This document shows positions 1 to 11,716 of a stretch of 64,000 nt of DNA, piece after piece. The notes beneath the pieces are model-generated. The model was not told the DNA's origin. It did no database searches and was given only the letters and a program-made list of their open reading frames with translations. Source of the stretch: Vicugna vicugna (taxonomy: Eukaryota). The first letter of the stretch is position 1, and every line of letters begins with the position of its first letter. The stretch spans positions 161,694 through 225,693 of the forward strand of contig MU058366.1 in the NCBI GenBank assembly GCA_013265495.1. Direction: 5' to 3'. A program made the position numbers and the translations under genes.

Positions 1-2477
1 TTGGATAGGGATTGCATTAAATCTGTAGATTGCCTTGGGCAGTGTGACCATTTTAACAATATTGATTCTTCCAATCCAAGAGCATGGAATATCTTTCCAT
101 TTTTTAAAGTCTTCTTTAATTTCCTTCATCAATGGTTTATAGTTTTCTGTGTATAATTCTTTCACCTCCTTGGTTAGATTTATTCCCAGATATTTTATTA
201 CTTTGGGTGCTATTTTAAAGGGGATTGTTTCTTAACTTTCTTTTTCTGTTGATTTATCGTTAGTGTAAAGAAATGCAACTGATTTTTGAACGTTAATTTT
301 GTAACCTGCTACCTTGCTGAATTCTTCGATCAGCTCTAGTAGCTTTTGTGTGGACCTTTTAGGATTTTCTATATATAGTAACATGTCATTGGCATATAGT
401 GACACTTTTACTTCTTCTTTTCCAATTTGGATCCCTTTGATTTCTCTCTCTTGCCTGATTGCTGTTGCTAGAACTTCCAAGGCTATGTTGAATAGGAGTG
501 GTGATAGTGGGCATCCTTGTCTTGTCCCGGATTTTAGTGGGAAGCTTTTGAGTTTTTCACCGTTGAGTACTAGGCTGACTGCAGGTTTGTTATATATAGC
601 TTTTATGATGTTAAATATGTTCCCTCTATACCCACTTTGGTGAGAGTTTTTATCATAAATGGGTGTTGAATTTTATCAAATGCTTCTTCTGCATCGATTG
701 AGATGATCATGTGGTTTTTGTCCTTTCTCTTGTTGATGTGATGTATTACATTGATTGATTTGCATATGTTGAACCAGCCTTGTGCCCCTGGGATGAACCC
801 CACTTGGTCATGATGTATAATCTTTTTTATGTGTTGGTGGATTCTATTTGCTAATATTTTGGTGAGGATTTTGGCATCTATGTTCATCAGTGATATTGGC
901 CTATAATTCTCTTTTTTGGTAGTGTCTTTGCCTGGTTTTGGTATCAGGGTGATGGTGGCTTCATAGAATGAGTTTGGGAGTATTCCCTCCTTTTCAATTG
1001 TCTGGAAGAGTTTGAGAAGGACTGGTATGAGTTCTTCTTTGTATGTTTGGTAGAATTCCCTGGTGAAGCCATCCAGTCCTGGACTTTTATTTGTAGGGAG
1101 GTTTTTTTTATTGCTAATTAGATTTCATTTCTAGTGATCAGTTTGTTCAAGTGGTCAGTTTCTTCTTGGTTCAAACTTGGTGGACTGTCTGTTTCCAGAA
1201 ACTTGTCCATCTCCTCTAGGTTATCCAGTTTGGTTCCATATAGTTTTTCATAATATTCTCAAATGATACTCTGTATTTCTATTTTATTTGTTGTAATTTC
1301 TCCATTTTCCTTTCTTATTTTGCTAATTTGTGCTGTCTGTTTTTTCTTCTTTGTGAGTTTGGCCAGAGGTTTGTCGATTTTATTTACTTTTTCAAAAGAC
1401 CAGCTTTTGATTTGATTGATTTTTTCTATGGTTTTTTTAATCTCTATTTTATTTATTTCCTCCCCAATCTTTGTAATTTCCTTCCTTCTGCTGCCTTTTG
1501 GGGTTTTTTGTTCTTTTAGCTTGTGGGTTAGATTGTTTATTTGCGATTGTTCTTCTTTTTTGAGGAAGGCGTGTATTGGTATAAACTTCCCTCTTAGCAC
1601 TGCCTTTGCTGTGTCCCATAGATTTTGAGTGGTTGTGCTTTCATTGTCATTTGTCTCAAGGTATTTTTTAATTTCAGCTTTGATTTCCTCATTGACCCAT
1701 TGGTTTTTTTAATAGCATATTGTTTAATCTCCATGCTTTCCTTTTTTTCTCCTTTGTTTCTCTGTTTTTGGTTTCTAGTTTCATGGCACTGTGGTCAGTG
1801 AAGACGCTTGAGATAATTTCTATCTTCTTAAAATTGTTGAGGTTTCTTTTGTGCCCAAGTACATGATCAATCCTGGAAAATGTTCCATGTGCACTTGAAA
1901 AGAATGTATATCCTATTTTGGGAGCATGTAATGCTCTGAAAATATCCACCAAATCTAATTTTTCTATTGTATTATTTAATTTCTCTGTTGCCTTATTTAT
2001 TTTCTGTCTGGAAGGTCTGTCTAGTGATGTTAATGCGGTGTTAAAATCTCCAACTGTAATTGTATTCCCATCAATATCCCCCTTTATCTCTGTTAGTAAT
2101 TGTTTTATGTACTTAGGCGCTCCTATATTGGGTGCATATATATTAATGAGTGTAATATCCTCATCTTGTATCACTCCTTTAATCATTATAAAATGTCCTT
2201 CTCTATCTTTCTTTATGGCCTTTGTTTTAAAGTCTATTTTGTCTGAAATCAGTACTGCAACACCTGCTTTTTTGGCTTTTCCATTTGCATGGAATATCCT
2301 TTTCCATCCTTTCACTCTCAATCTATATGTGTCCTTCTCCCTAAAGTGGGTCTCTTGTATGCAGCATATTGAAGGTTCTTGCTTTATTATCCACTCTGCC
2401 ACTCTATGTCTTTTGACTGGAGCATTTAGTCCATTAACATTTACAGTAATTAATGATAGATGTGTGTTTATTGCCAT
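1..2477 (-). pseudogene. L1 ORF2 (APE endonuclease + reverse transcriptase), frameshifted, partial
   Basis: ORF pieces 1689-2477, 1259-1600, 603-887 and 232-480 are consecutive L1 ORF2 segments separated by frameshifts/stops. Confidence 0.95.
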
Positions 2478-2846
2478 TTTGAACTTATCTTTGCAGTTGA
2501 CTTGGTATTTCCTCTTTGTTCCTTTCTTATTCCTTTTGTGGTCTGGTAATTTTCCTTTGTATTACTATGGATTTTATTTAGTTTTTGTGACTCCCTTGTA
2601 GGTTTTTGGCTTGTGGTTACCCTTTTCTGTAAGTCTATTAGCCCATTACTATATCTCGAACCCGTCCTACTGAAAACAAAAAATTTAAAAAAAGAAAGAA
2701 AAAAAATACTCTATTTTCTTGCTTCTCTCTCCCACTCTTAATTATTTAGATGTCTTTTTACAATTTTGTGTTTATTTGTATTTCATGAGTTATCACCTTT
2801 CCAGTTATGGGTTTCTCATTTCTGTAACATCCTGCTGCTTTTGTAT

Positions 2847-3742
2847 TTAAAGTAGACCTTTCAGTATTTGTTTTAGCATGGGTTTAGTGTTGCTAAACTC
2901 TTTTAGTTTTTGCTTGTCTGTGAAATTCTTTGTCTCTTCTTCTATCCTAAAGGATAGCCTTGCTGGATAAAGTATCCTAGGCTGCATCTTTTTTTCATTC
3001 AGGGCTTTGAACCACTCCCTTCTGGCCTGTAGCGTTTGTGTAGAGACATCAGCTGATAGCCTTATGGGGGTTCCCTTGTAACTCACTCTTTGCTTCTCTC
3101 TTGCTGCCTTTAGGATCATTTCTTTATCCTTGACTCTGGACATCTTGATTATGATATGTCTTGGTGTGGGTCTGTTTGGGTTCTTCCTGTTTGGGAACCT
3201 TTGAACTTCCTGTACTTGGATATCTGATTCCTTCTTTAAGTTTGGGAAGTTTTCAGTCATCATCTCTTCAAAAACCTTTTCAATCCCCTTAGCTCTTTCT
3301 TCTCCTTCTGGGACCCCTATTATGCGAAGATTGGCATGCTTTATATTATCCCATAGGTCCCTTATGTTGCTTTCTTTTTTTTTTTATTTGTTTATCTTGC
3401 AGCTCTTCTGATTGGGTGCTTTTTGTTGTCCTGTCTTCTACGTCACTAATTCGTTCCACTGCATTATCTAGTCTGCTCTGCACAGCCTTTAGATCCGTTC
3501 TCATCTCAGCCAATGAGTTTACCAATTCTACTTGGCTCTTCTTTATAGCTTCGATTTTATTTTTGACATATTTTATCTGTCTAAACACTTATCTCTTTTA
3601 GTTCCTTCAGTACTTTGATCACTCCTTTTTTGAAATCTTGATCTAGTAGGCTATCAATGTCTATTTCATTGATCGTTCTTTCAGGGGATTTCTCTTGTTC
3701 TTTTAATTGGGAGTGGTTCCTCTGCTTCTTCATCTTGCTCAT
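2847..3742 (-). pseudogene. L1 ORF1, frameshifted
   Basis: ATG at 3742 (MSKMKKQRNHSQLKEQEKSPE), coiled-coil piece 3346-3588 and C-terminal piece 2847-3263. Confidence 0.9.
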
Positions 3743-3869
3743 ACCTCTCTGGCACTGTGGCTTATGGAATATCAGTTATCTATTGTGGTCCTTAAAGGAG
3801 TTTATTTATTTATCTATCTAATGCCTATGTAGGAATAAAACTTAAAAAGTAAAAAAAAAAAGAGGCGGG

Positions 3870-4566
3870 AGAGAGAAAGAGAATTTTAAAAAAGGGAGAA
3901 AGAGGGTTTGAAAACAGTGTATAATGAATTGTAGAAGCACAATTTGAATCAAACTAGCATTTGAGTTGAGACGTCTTTTTTAAAAACCGTTAAAAAGAAA
4001 AGGAAAAAAGATCAAAAAACGATATTTTAAACCTATTTATAATCAATAACAGGAGATTAAAACCAAAAGAAATGAAAATGAAATCAGGTGGATTTTTAAA
4101 AAATAATAATATAACTACTTTAAAAGAAAAATTTAAAAAGGAATTAAAACTAGAAGCATATACAATTGTTTAGAAAGTAGAAATTTAAAAGGTAATAAAA
4201 AATAGAATAGATAAAAAAGATATGATAAAGAGAGGATTTTGAAAAAGGGGAGAAAAAAAGGTTTGAAAACAGTGTATAAAGAATAATTGAAGAGCAAGTT
4301 GAAGCAGAATAGCAATCGGGTTGAGACGTCTCTTAAAAACCTTTAAAATAGGAGAAAAGAGAAAAAAAGTATATTTGAAACCTATGTTTAATGAATAACA
4401 GGAGATCAAAACCAAGAGAGATAAAAATAACATGACGTGGATCTTTCAAAATACTATTTGAAAAGAAAAATTTTAAAGGGATTAAAACTGGGAGGATATA
4501 TAATTGTTTAAGAAGTAAAAATTAAAAAGGCAATAGAAAATACAACAGGTAAAAACGATTAAAAAA
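3870..4566. repeat. Diverged tandem duplication of a ~355-bp AT-rich unit inside the L1 5'UTR
   Basis: GTTTGAAAACAGTGTATAA at ~3906 and 4261; TTGAGACGTC, AATAACAGGAGAT and ATTAAAACT recur with the same spacing. Confidence 0.85.
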
Positions 4567-4599
4567 GGGGGAGAGGGGGTGTTCTACTGGAGACTATGC

Positions 4600-5694
4600 T
4601 CTGAATGAGGAGTCTTTCTGTCTTCGCCCTGTTTTGGAAGCTCAGCTTGCTGTTTCCAGAGGCCCTCCGTTGGCGCCTTCGTCCGTGCTGCTCCCGGCAC
4701 CTGTCGGCAAGCAGATCGCGCCCCCTCCCAGCACGGTGCTCCTGCGGGAAAGGCGGGGGGCCACCCGCCCTCTCCCTGCGCCAGGCGCTCCGCAGCAGCT
4801 CCGCCCCTGGTCGGCGCTCCGCAGGCGGCCCCCACGCCCCGAGCCCGCGGACCAGCCCCGCCCCTGCTCCGTGTCCAAACTCAGCTCCTTGTTTGTCCTG
4901 GCGCTGAACTTTGCGAGGCGCCAGGGCGGAAGGATCCTATCTGACTTGGGCTGCATACAAGTCATTGTGTGGCCTCCGAGGCTGCCGAGCCCCCAGGCAC
5001 AGATTCAGGTTTCACCCCCACCCCAACCTGGGTGCCGAGCGCTGGAGGATATGGTGGCTGCGCCTGAGCCCCACCTCTCCTCGCGGAAAACCTTCTGCGG
5101 GTTTTCAGAGATGGGGTGTGCACCCTTCCCTCCCACCGCGCATCAGCCGTGCTGCTTCACGGAGGGCCCAGGTGGTTCTGCCCTGTGCACCCACAGCCAC
5201 GGCTCACAGCCCCTTGCAGTCCCCTGGGGCTGCCTCCGTGCAGCCGCCCCCGTCCTCCGCCCGGCTTGTGCAGCCTGGCCCTGCCCGCCGCTGCCGGCCC
5301 GCGTCTCAGGCTGGGTGTCGGGGGGACGCTCTGTGCCTGTTTAACTTAGTTCTGTCTGACAAGGGCTGCTCTGTGCAGATCCGAGCCTTGGAGGCTCCCC
5401 CTCCGTCCTGCTGGCCTCTCGGTTGGAGAGGGGAGACCCAGCGAACGAGCTCCAGTCCTTTGTCGCTCCCTCCCCACAGGGCCTGTCTCGCTCTGTTTTG
5501 CCTTTTTGTCTTTCTTTTTTCCTTTTCTCCTACCAGATTTTTGGTTTCTTTGTCTTTTGAAGAGGACAGAGTTCTGTCGGAGTTCTGCAGGTGCTTTGGT
5601 TGGCTGAGTGGGTCTGTGGATGTGAGTCTTGGTGTATTTGTGGGAGAAGGTGAGCTACGTGCGTCCTTCTACTCTGCCATCTTGGCCTCGTTCC
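4600..5694 (-). promoter_or_regulatory. L1 internal promoter / CpG-rich 5'UTR with YY1 site (GCCATCTTG 5676-5684)
   Basis: High GC and CpG density; YY1 motif about 10 nt from the element's 5' end, as is typical for L1. Confidence 0.75.
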
Positions 5695-5997
5695 TTTTGT
5701 CTCAGTTTTTAAACCGTTATTGACTTGTTTACATCCACCGCACAGGTAGTACACTTGCATGTTTCAAAAATTAAAAAAATATTTAAAACATACACTGAGA
5801 TATCTTGTCCTCACGTCTGTCATCATCTATCTTAATAGTCCTTAGCCCTCAAGTAACCATTTTTATTAGTTTTTTCCTTCATCCTTCTAGTATTTCTTTA
5901 TATAAATACAAGGAAATATGTATATAGCTTATTCCCCTTTTTCTTCCACAAAAGATAGCTTACTCTCTGTGCCATACTATGTCATAGTCTGTTCATT

Positions 5998-6522
5998 TAA
6001 GAAGACATCCACATGGCCAACAGGTTCATGGAAAGGTGTTCAACATCACTAATCATCAGGGAAATGCAAATGAAAACTACAATGAGATATCCCCCACACC
6101 TGTTAGAATGGCTGTTAGCAAAAAGAAAAACTAACAAGTGTTGCTAAGGATGTGGAGAAAAGAGAACCCTCGTGGACTCTTGGTGGGAATGTAATTTGGT
6201 GCAGCCACTGTGGAAAACAGTATGGAGGGTCCTCCAAAAGTTAAAAATAGAACTATCATATGATCCAACAATTCCACTTCTGGGCATTTATCTAAAGGAA
6301 ATGAAAACACTAACTTGAAAAGATATCTGCACTCCCACGTTCATAGCAACATTATTTCCGATAGTCAAGGTATGGAAGCCACATAAGCGCCCATCAACAG
6401 ATGCCTACAGAAAGATGCGCTGTGTATATGCATACAGTGGGACATTACTCAGCCATGAAAAAAGAATGGCAGCCTGCCATTTGCAACAAGGTGGAAGGAG
6501 CTTGAGGGCGGTATGCTAAGTG
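5998..6522 (+). mobile_element. L1 fragment (ORF2 C-terminal region)
   Basis: Typical L1 text: AAGAAGACATCCACATGGCCAACAGG...CAACATCACTAATCATCAGGGAAATGCAAA. Confidence 0.85.
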
Positions 6523-7369
6523 TAGGGTCTCCACAACCTGGGTTGTCTTGAAAAGTGGGACTCTCAGCTCCACCCACCAAAGCCCTTGGACTCAAACGTG
6601 TCTGCAAAGCAGGGGCGGTACCTTACTGCGCAGTGTGACCCCATGAGGGCAGCGTCTTGCCACATGTCTCACACTTCAGGGAGGCCTGTGACACTTCTTC
6701 CCCAGGGAGGTTACCTGCTTAGCGCTTGGGGCCCTGGGACACTATGACCCTGGGGCAGGGCCGTGCCCGGTGGACAGGGCTGTGCGGGGGCCCACAGGAG
6801 CCCTGACTGTGTGTTTTATATTTAGACTTTATCCTGGTGCAGATGTAAGGAACGGGTCCGGTGTTTTTCCTTCCACGTGGCTATACAGTTGTGCTGGCAC
6901 CGCTTGCTGAAAGCGCCCTCACTGGTTTGAGATACTGCCCTTCCTAATCAGATATGAAATTCCCACACTTATTTCTGGTTCACTTCTGGGTTCTCTGTTC
7001 TCTTTCACTGGTCTGTCAATTCAGGTGCCATCATTACCCTGTTCCAATTCTAGAGGTTTTACCATCGGCTTCAATACTGATATGGCTGGACCCCTTTAGA
7101 GTTCCTCTTTTTTTTTTTTTTAAGAGTCTTTAGAGTTTAGAGGTTGGCTCTTTTTGATTTTCTTTTTCCCACATGAACTTTAGAATCAGTTTGCTTACTT
7201 GCAAAAGAAAACCTGTTCTTGGGAAGCCGGTTTCTGTGACAAGGGAGAGCTGACGTGGTGATGATGAGCCTTTCTGGCCAGGAGCATCTGTCTTTCCAGT
7301 TCAAGTCTGCTTTTATGTCTTGCAGGAGTACTTCCAAGTGTTTTTCACCCTGGTCTTTACATAATTCTT

Positions 7370-7461
7370 TTTTTCTTTTCATTTTTTTCTGTTTTAATTT
7401 CTGCTACAATAAAATAATATAAACAAAAGCTCTTAGGGTCTTCAATAGTTCTTAAGAGTTT
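7370..7461 (-). mobile_element. 92-bp retroposed insert (hAT/Charlie-like sequence + A-tail) with 19-bp TSD
   Basis: TGGTCTTTACAT(A/C)ATTCTT at 7351-7369 and 7462-7480; T-tract next to the left copy. Confidence 0.7.
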
Positions 7462-8103
7462 TGGTCTTTACATCATTCTTATTAGGCCTGTGTGTGTGTG
7501 TTTGTTGCTTGGTTTTTGTAAATGGGGTTTTCTCTCCATTGTATCTTCTGTTGTTTGTCTGTGTGAGGCTATTGATTTCTGTCTTCACTGAGTTCCTTTG
7601 AAAATATAACTTGAGCCAAAGCTCCACTGGCCAGCGCTTTGTAGGGGTGAAGACCTCAATGCAGTGACAGTGATGTTACGGACTTGGCCACAGTTTCATG
7701 AGAAGACACAAGGTCATGTGGACACAGCTGAGGGTTCATTTGGGTTGGGCCTGGGCGGGAGGGGAGAGACTGTCCACTGAGGCAGCAGGTGGGCCCGGAT
7801 TCATTTAGAGATGCACAAAACTGGGTCCAGTATAACTTCAACATATTAATTCTCTAACCTCTTACGTTTGCATCCTCTTACTGTTTGTAGTGTTTCAGCT
7901 GATGCTTTTGGAATTTCCTGGGTGTACAATGTCATCTAAAATAGAAAAAGTTTTACTTCTTTTTTCAATTCTTATGCATCTCGTTTTTTGTTTTCCCCTT
8001 GTTTTTTCCCTCAACAATCCACCCATGTTGGTTAACACTCCACTGTGAAATAGTAATATTGATAATGGGCAATCTTATTTCGATCTTGTCTTTTATAGGC
8101 ATG

Positions 8104-8792
8104 CCTCCCCCTGTCCCTGAGCGACCACCACCCTAGTCTCAGTTTCTGTGAGTTTGACTATTTTGGGGACCTCATATAAGTGGAATCACACAGTATTTGT
8201 CCTGTGTCTGGTTTACCTCTCTCAGCATAATGTCCTCCAGGTTTATCCATGCAGTCACAAATGGCAGGATTTCCTTCCTTTTTGAAGGCTGAATAATATT
8301 CCACTGTAGGAACACATTTTCTTTATTCATTCATCCGTCAGCGAACACTTAGACTGTTTCCGTGTCTTGGTTATTATGAACAATGCTGCAGTGAACACGG
8401 GAGCACAGGTGTTTCTCTGAGATGCAGAATGTAATTCTTTTGAGTATGTACCTAGAAGCAGGATTGCTGGCCCATATGAGTATAAAGTTTCAGTTATGCA
8501 AGATGAGTTATTTCTAGAGATCTACTGTATAGCATCGTGCTTGTAGTCAGCAACACTATATTATGCACTTAAAAGTTGTGAGAAGGTTAGATCTCATGTA
8601 AGTGTTTTTACTGCGTGCACACACACATACACATTCACTCACACACAGTAAATTTTTGGAGGTGATGGATTTGTCTATTACCTTAATTGTGATGTTGGTT
8701 TCACAGGTGTTTATATATGTCAGACTCATCAAATTATGTACAGTTCTTTGTCAGTTATACTTCAATAAAGCTGTTCTTCAAAGAAAGAAAGA
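8104..8792. mobile_element. L1 3' end with 5' inversion (minus piece ~8104-8478, plus piece ~8479-8792 with AATAAA and A-tail)
   Basis: Two segments nearly adjacent in the L1 3' region, in opposite orientations. Confidence 0.75.
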
Positions 8793-9784
8793 TCCTGGCT
8801 TTTGGGCTAGGAGAATCCATTTTCTTCATGTTAGTGAAATATTCCACGATTCCTGTATTACCAAGTGTTTTTTTCATCAAAAATCATTATTAAATTTTAT
8901 TAAAAAGTTTTTCACCATATGAATTTTGCATTCAATCTAGCAAAACAGTGAATTCTACTAATAGATTATCTAATATTAAGCCACCTTTCCATTTCTGGAA
9001 TAAGCCCTGGTTGGACAGGGTATATTTTAATTGTGTTGTTGGATTATGGATACTAGCATTTCATATTGGATATTTGCATCAGTATTTATAAGTGAGATTG
9101 GTCTTTGGCTTTAAGTTTGCCTTTATTTATTTCTGTACAATCTTTAGCAGATTTTGGCATAAATTTTATACTTGGCTCATGTAAAAATTTGGAAGTTTGC
9201 CATATTCTAGAATATTTTAAGTAAAGTTGGAATTAACAGCACTTTAAACTTTTGGCAGAATTCCCCCTCTAAATTATATCTGGTGCTTTTTGTGTGTGTT
9301 TAGATCTCTGTCAACTCTATTTCTTTTATGGAAATTGATCTGTTTAGTCTATCTCTCCCTGAGTCAGTTTTGTAAATTGTACTTTTCCTGGAAAAGTATT
9401 TATTTCATCCTGGCTATCAAATTAATTACATATAATTTTATGAAATGTTCTTATGATTTTTTAAAATTTGGTTTTACTCTTCCCAGAGGTACTTCTTCCT
9501 TATCATTGTGAATTTGCGCTCTGTCCCCTTTTCCCCTGTTGGTTAGGTCAGCTGGTGGTTTTCTTTTGTTGATTTTTGGTTTTGGAGTCGAACCAGTTTT
9601 TTGATGATAGTTAGTACTACTTTTTAATTTCTCTAAGTCTTTAATTTGTCTTTCTTTAATGTATTAATTCGTCTGTTAGATTTTGGTGTATTTTAGAGAT
9701 GAGGAAACGTAGAGTGACCACGCACTCCTTCTAGCTATTGTACCAGTCAGGGCTTTCATTTGCAAGCAACAGAAACTGATCCTG

Positions 9785-10030
9785 AAAAAATAGACATATA
9801 AAAATAAATAAACAAACGTCTTCTATACAGCACAGGGAACTATATTCAATATCTTCTAATAACCTTTAATGAAAAAAGAATATGACAATGAATATGTATA
9901 TATGTATATATGTATATTCATGACTGGGACGTTGTGCTGTACGCCAGAGATTGACACATTGTAACTGACTACTGCAATTAAAAAAAAACACACAAACAAA
10001 AAAACCCAACAAAACAAAATAAAACAAAAC
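9785..10030 (+). mobile_element. 5'-truncated L1 3'UTR with A-rich tail, inserted in an MLT1-like LTR
   Basis: TATACAGCACAGGGAACTATATTCAATATCTT...; (CAAAA)n tail; left flank TGTACCAGTCAGGGCTTTCATTTGCAAGCAACAGAAAC is MLT1-like. Confidence 0.8.
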
Positions 10031-11249
10031 ATATTGGGTATCTCACAGAAATGTTGAGAGGGCTGGAACCAGCTTTGAGGTTAAACAGCCAGGAAAAAAC
10101 ACCCAAACCACAACTCAGAAGTAGTTCTGGTGAGAAATCCGTTGTCACTACTGCCTAACTGCTCCTCTCTTATGTCAAAGAGCATGGATGCCTGGCAGGC
10201 TGAGTGATGCCACTTATCTCTGGTGTTGTCAGGAGCCGACCTAAGAGTCTGTGAGCTGTGAACGAAACTGTCAAGTTTCTGCGACCTACACGAAATAGTA
10301 GGGAAAAGAAAGATGAAAGAAAATTACTGAAATGTCACAGCAAAGCATAACATATGAATGGTTCCTCTGGTTCCTGATTCCCGTTTCCCTTTTGCTCAGC
10401 CAGTACCTTAGCCGATCAGGGTTCTTCACCTGGTGAGGTGACCTAAACCTTCATTGCAGAGACATCTGAGTCCTTGGTGGTCCTACCAGTGCGTTTTGGG
10501 AGTTGGGAGATTAGGGTACTCAGACTCATCTGAATGCCTTGAGATTCTCCAGTCCAGTTCTCAGGGTTCCAGCCTTTCTTAAGCATGCTCTTGATTCCAC
10601 ACGTGAGATCTGGTGGAATAACTGGGCAGTTTGTAGCGGTCTGAAACTCAGCTTAGTTCTGGGTGTTCACAGCTTGCGGATGTAAGATATAAGAGATTCT
10701 TTTAGCCCTGCCATAGAAAGGCAAGTGTTTCGACCATGCCTCTAGCCAAAAATTGGTCTTTGAGCTTGTCAGCCTTTTTCTTTAGACTCTCCATCCCATT
10801 CCAAAGCACTTGGTGCCTCACAGCCTTCATTGCTGATCTGTAGTAGTGAACACTGACCTCCCTCTCTTCATGCCTCCTGCAAACCCTGACCTGCCATCAG
10901 TATGTCAGTGTGATCATTCAAGTGCTGTAGGGTCTGCAGGAGCAATCTGGAGGCCCCAGCTGTGAGGGAGACTAGGAAAGAAAGGGGATTGATGGGAGTG
11001 CAGCAGAAAAGGAATATGTGAGGATGATTTTAGAGTAATAACCAATGGGAGTTGTCAGTTGCTTAATTAAAAGGTATGTGAGAGAGGGGGACGCTGAGAA
11101 GGTTGACCAGTCACACCAGTTGCTGTGATTTGAAAGGATATTAATGGTATCCTCATTAAACACTGGCCACGTTTTCGACCCGTCATTTGTTATCCAGACA
11201 CTTCCAGTGACAGGAAGCCAGTTATGTAACATGCTTCCCAAATAACCGT

Positions 11250-11716
11250 GTGACAGCTCGGACTGTGAGAATCTGGTCCTGCTGCCGTTGCCCCATCTCG
11301 TCCTGGTCCACCTCAAGAGCCCGTTCATGCAGCCACCCCTGAGTTCCCTCCTCCAAACTGCCACCAGGACTGAGTCAAGTCCTCCAAACAGAGAACATCT
11401 CGGGCAGAACAGAGCACAGCCAGGCGATCCTGCCTCATTGGGATGCTGTGCTGCTGAGTGGGCAGCTAGAGACCCCATCAGCTCTGTTCTGGCAGCCGCA
11501 TCACTGATGAGTCACACGGAGCTTCCTGTCAAGTGAACCCACTTTTCCTCTGTGCTCTCTCTTCTCTCGCCTGTCCTTGTGCTGTAGAGGTTTTGTTCTG
11601 TGTCAGCCCGAAGCTGGACCTTACGTTAATTACTGTTCAATTTCACCTTTTTCTTTGCAATCGGTCCTTTGTGCCAGTCTGTCAACATCTTTTTGGGCCC
11701 TGATTGTGTCATCTAG
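11250..11716 (-). mobile_element. L3/CR1 LINE remnant
   Basis: Resembles antisense CR1 ORF2 (CTGGCAGCCGCATCAC, CCAGTCTGTCAACATCTTTTTGGGCCCTGATTGTGTCATC). Confidence 0.55.

Larger units (their letters stand above)
1..5694 (-). mobile_element. 5'-complete LINE-1 (5'UTR, ORF1, spacer, ORF2 running off the window start), antisense in GAB3 intron 1; inactivated
   Basis: ORF2 endonuclease start MAINTHLSLITVNVNGLN at 2477; RT motifs ([19 protein letters not shown]) in broken frames; ORF1 C-terminus (PIRLSAD, RILYPARLSF); GC-rich 5'UTR ending in YY1-type CAAGATGGC. Confidence 0.95.
6815..9700 (-). mobile_element. Old, heavily interrupted L1 (L1ME-like) remnants
   Basis: T-rich decayed L1 ORF2 antisense motifs (ATGAACTTTAGAATCAGTTTG, GATAATGGGCAATCTT, TTTCTGGAATAAGCCC), broken by several insertions. 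Confidence 0.6.

Noticed and set aside
4634..5723. Long + strand ORFs (236 and 270 aa) in the L1 5'UTR, as an ORF0-like gene
   Set aside because: Both start at TTG, the 270-aa frame has no Met, and long ORFs are expected in GC-rich sequence; no recognisable domain.
8082..8803. GATCTTGTCTTTT / GATCCTGGCTTTT as the TSD of the inverted L1
   Set aside because: Not flush with the left junction, and both look like host L1 sequence; probably coincidental.
10972..11478. 168-aa minus-strand ORF
   Set aside because: Partly overlaps a decayed L3/CR1 remnant; no recognisable protein similarity or supporting splice structure.
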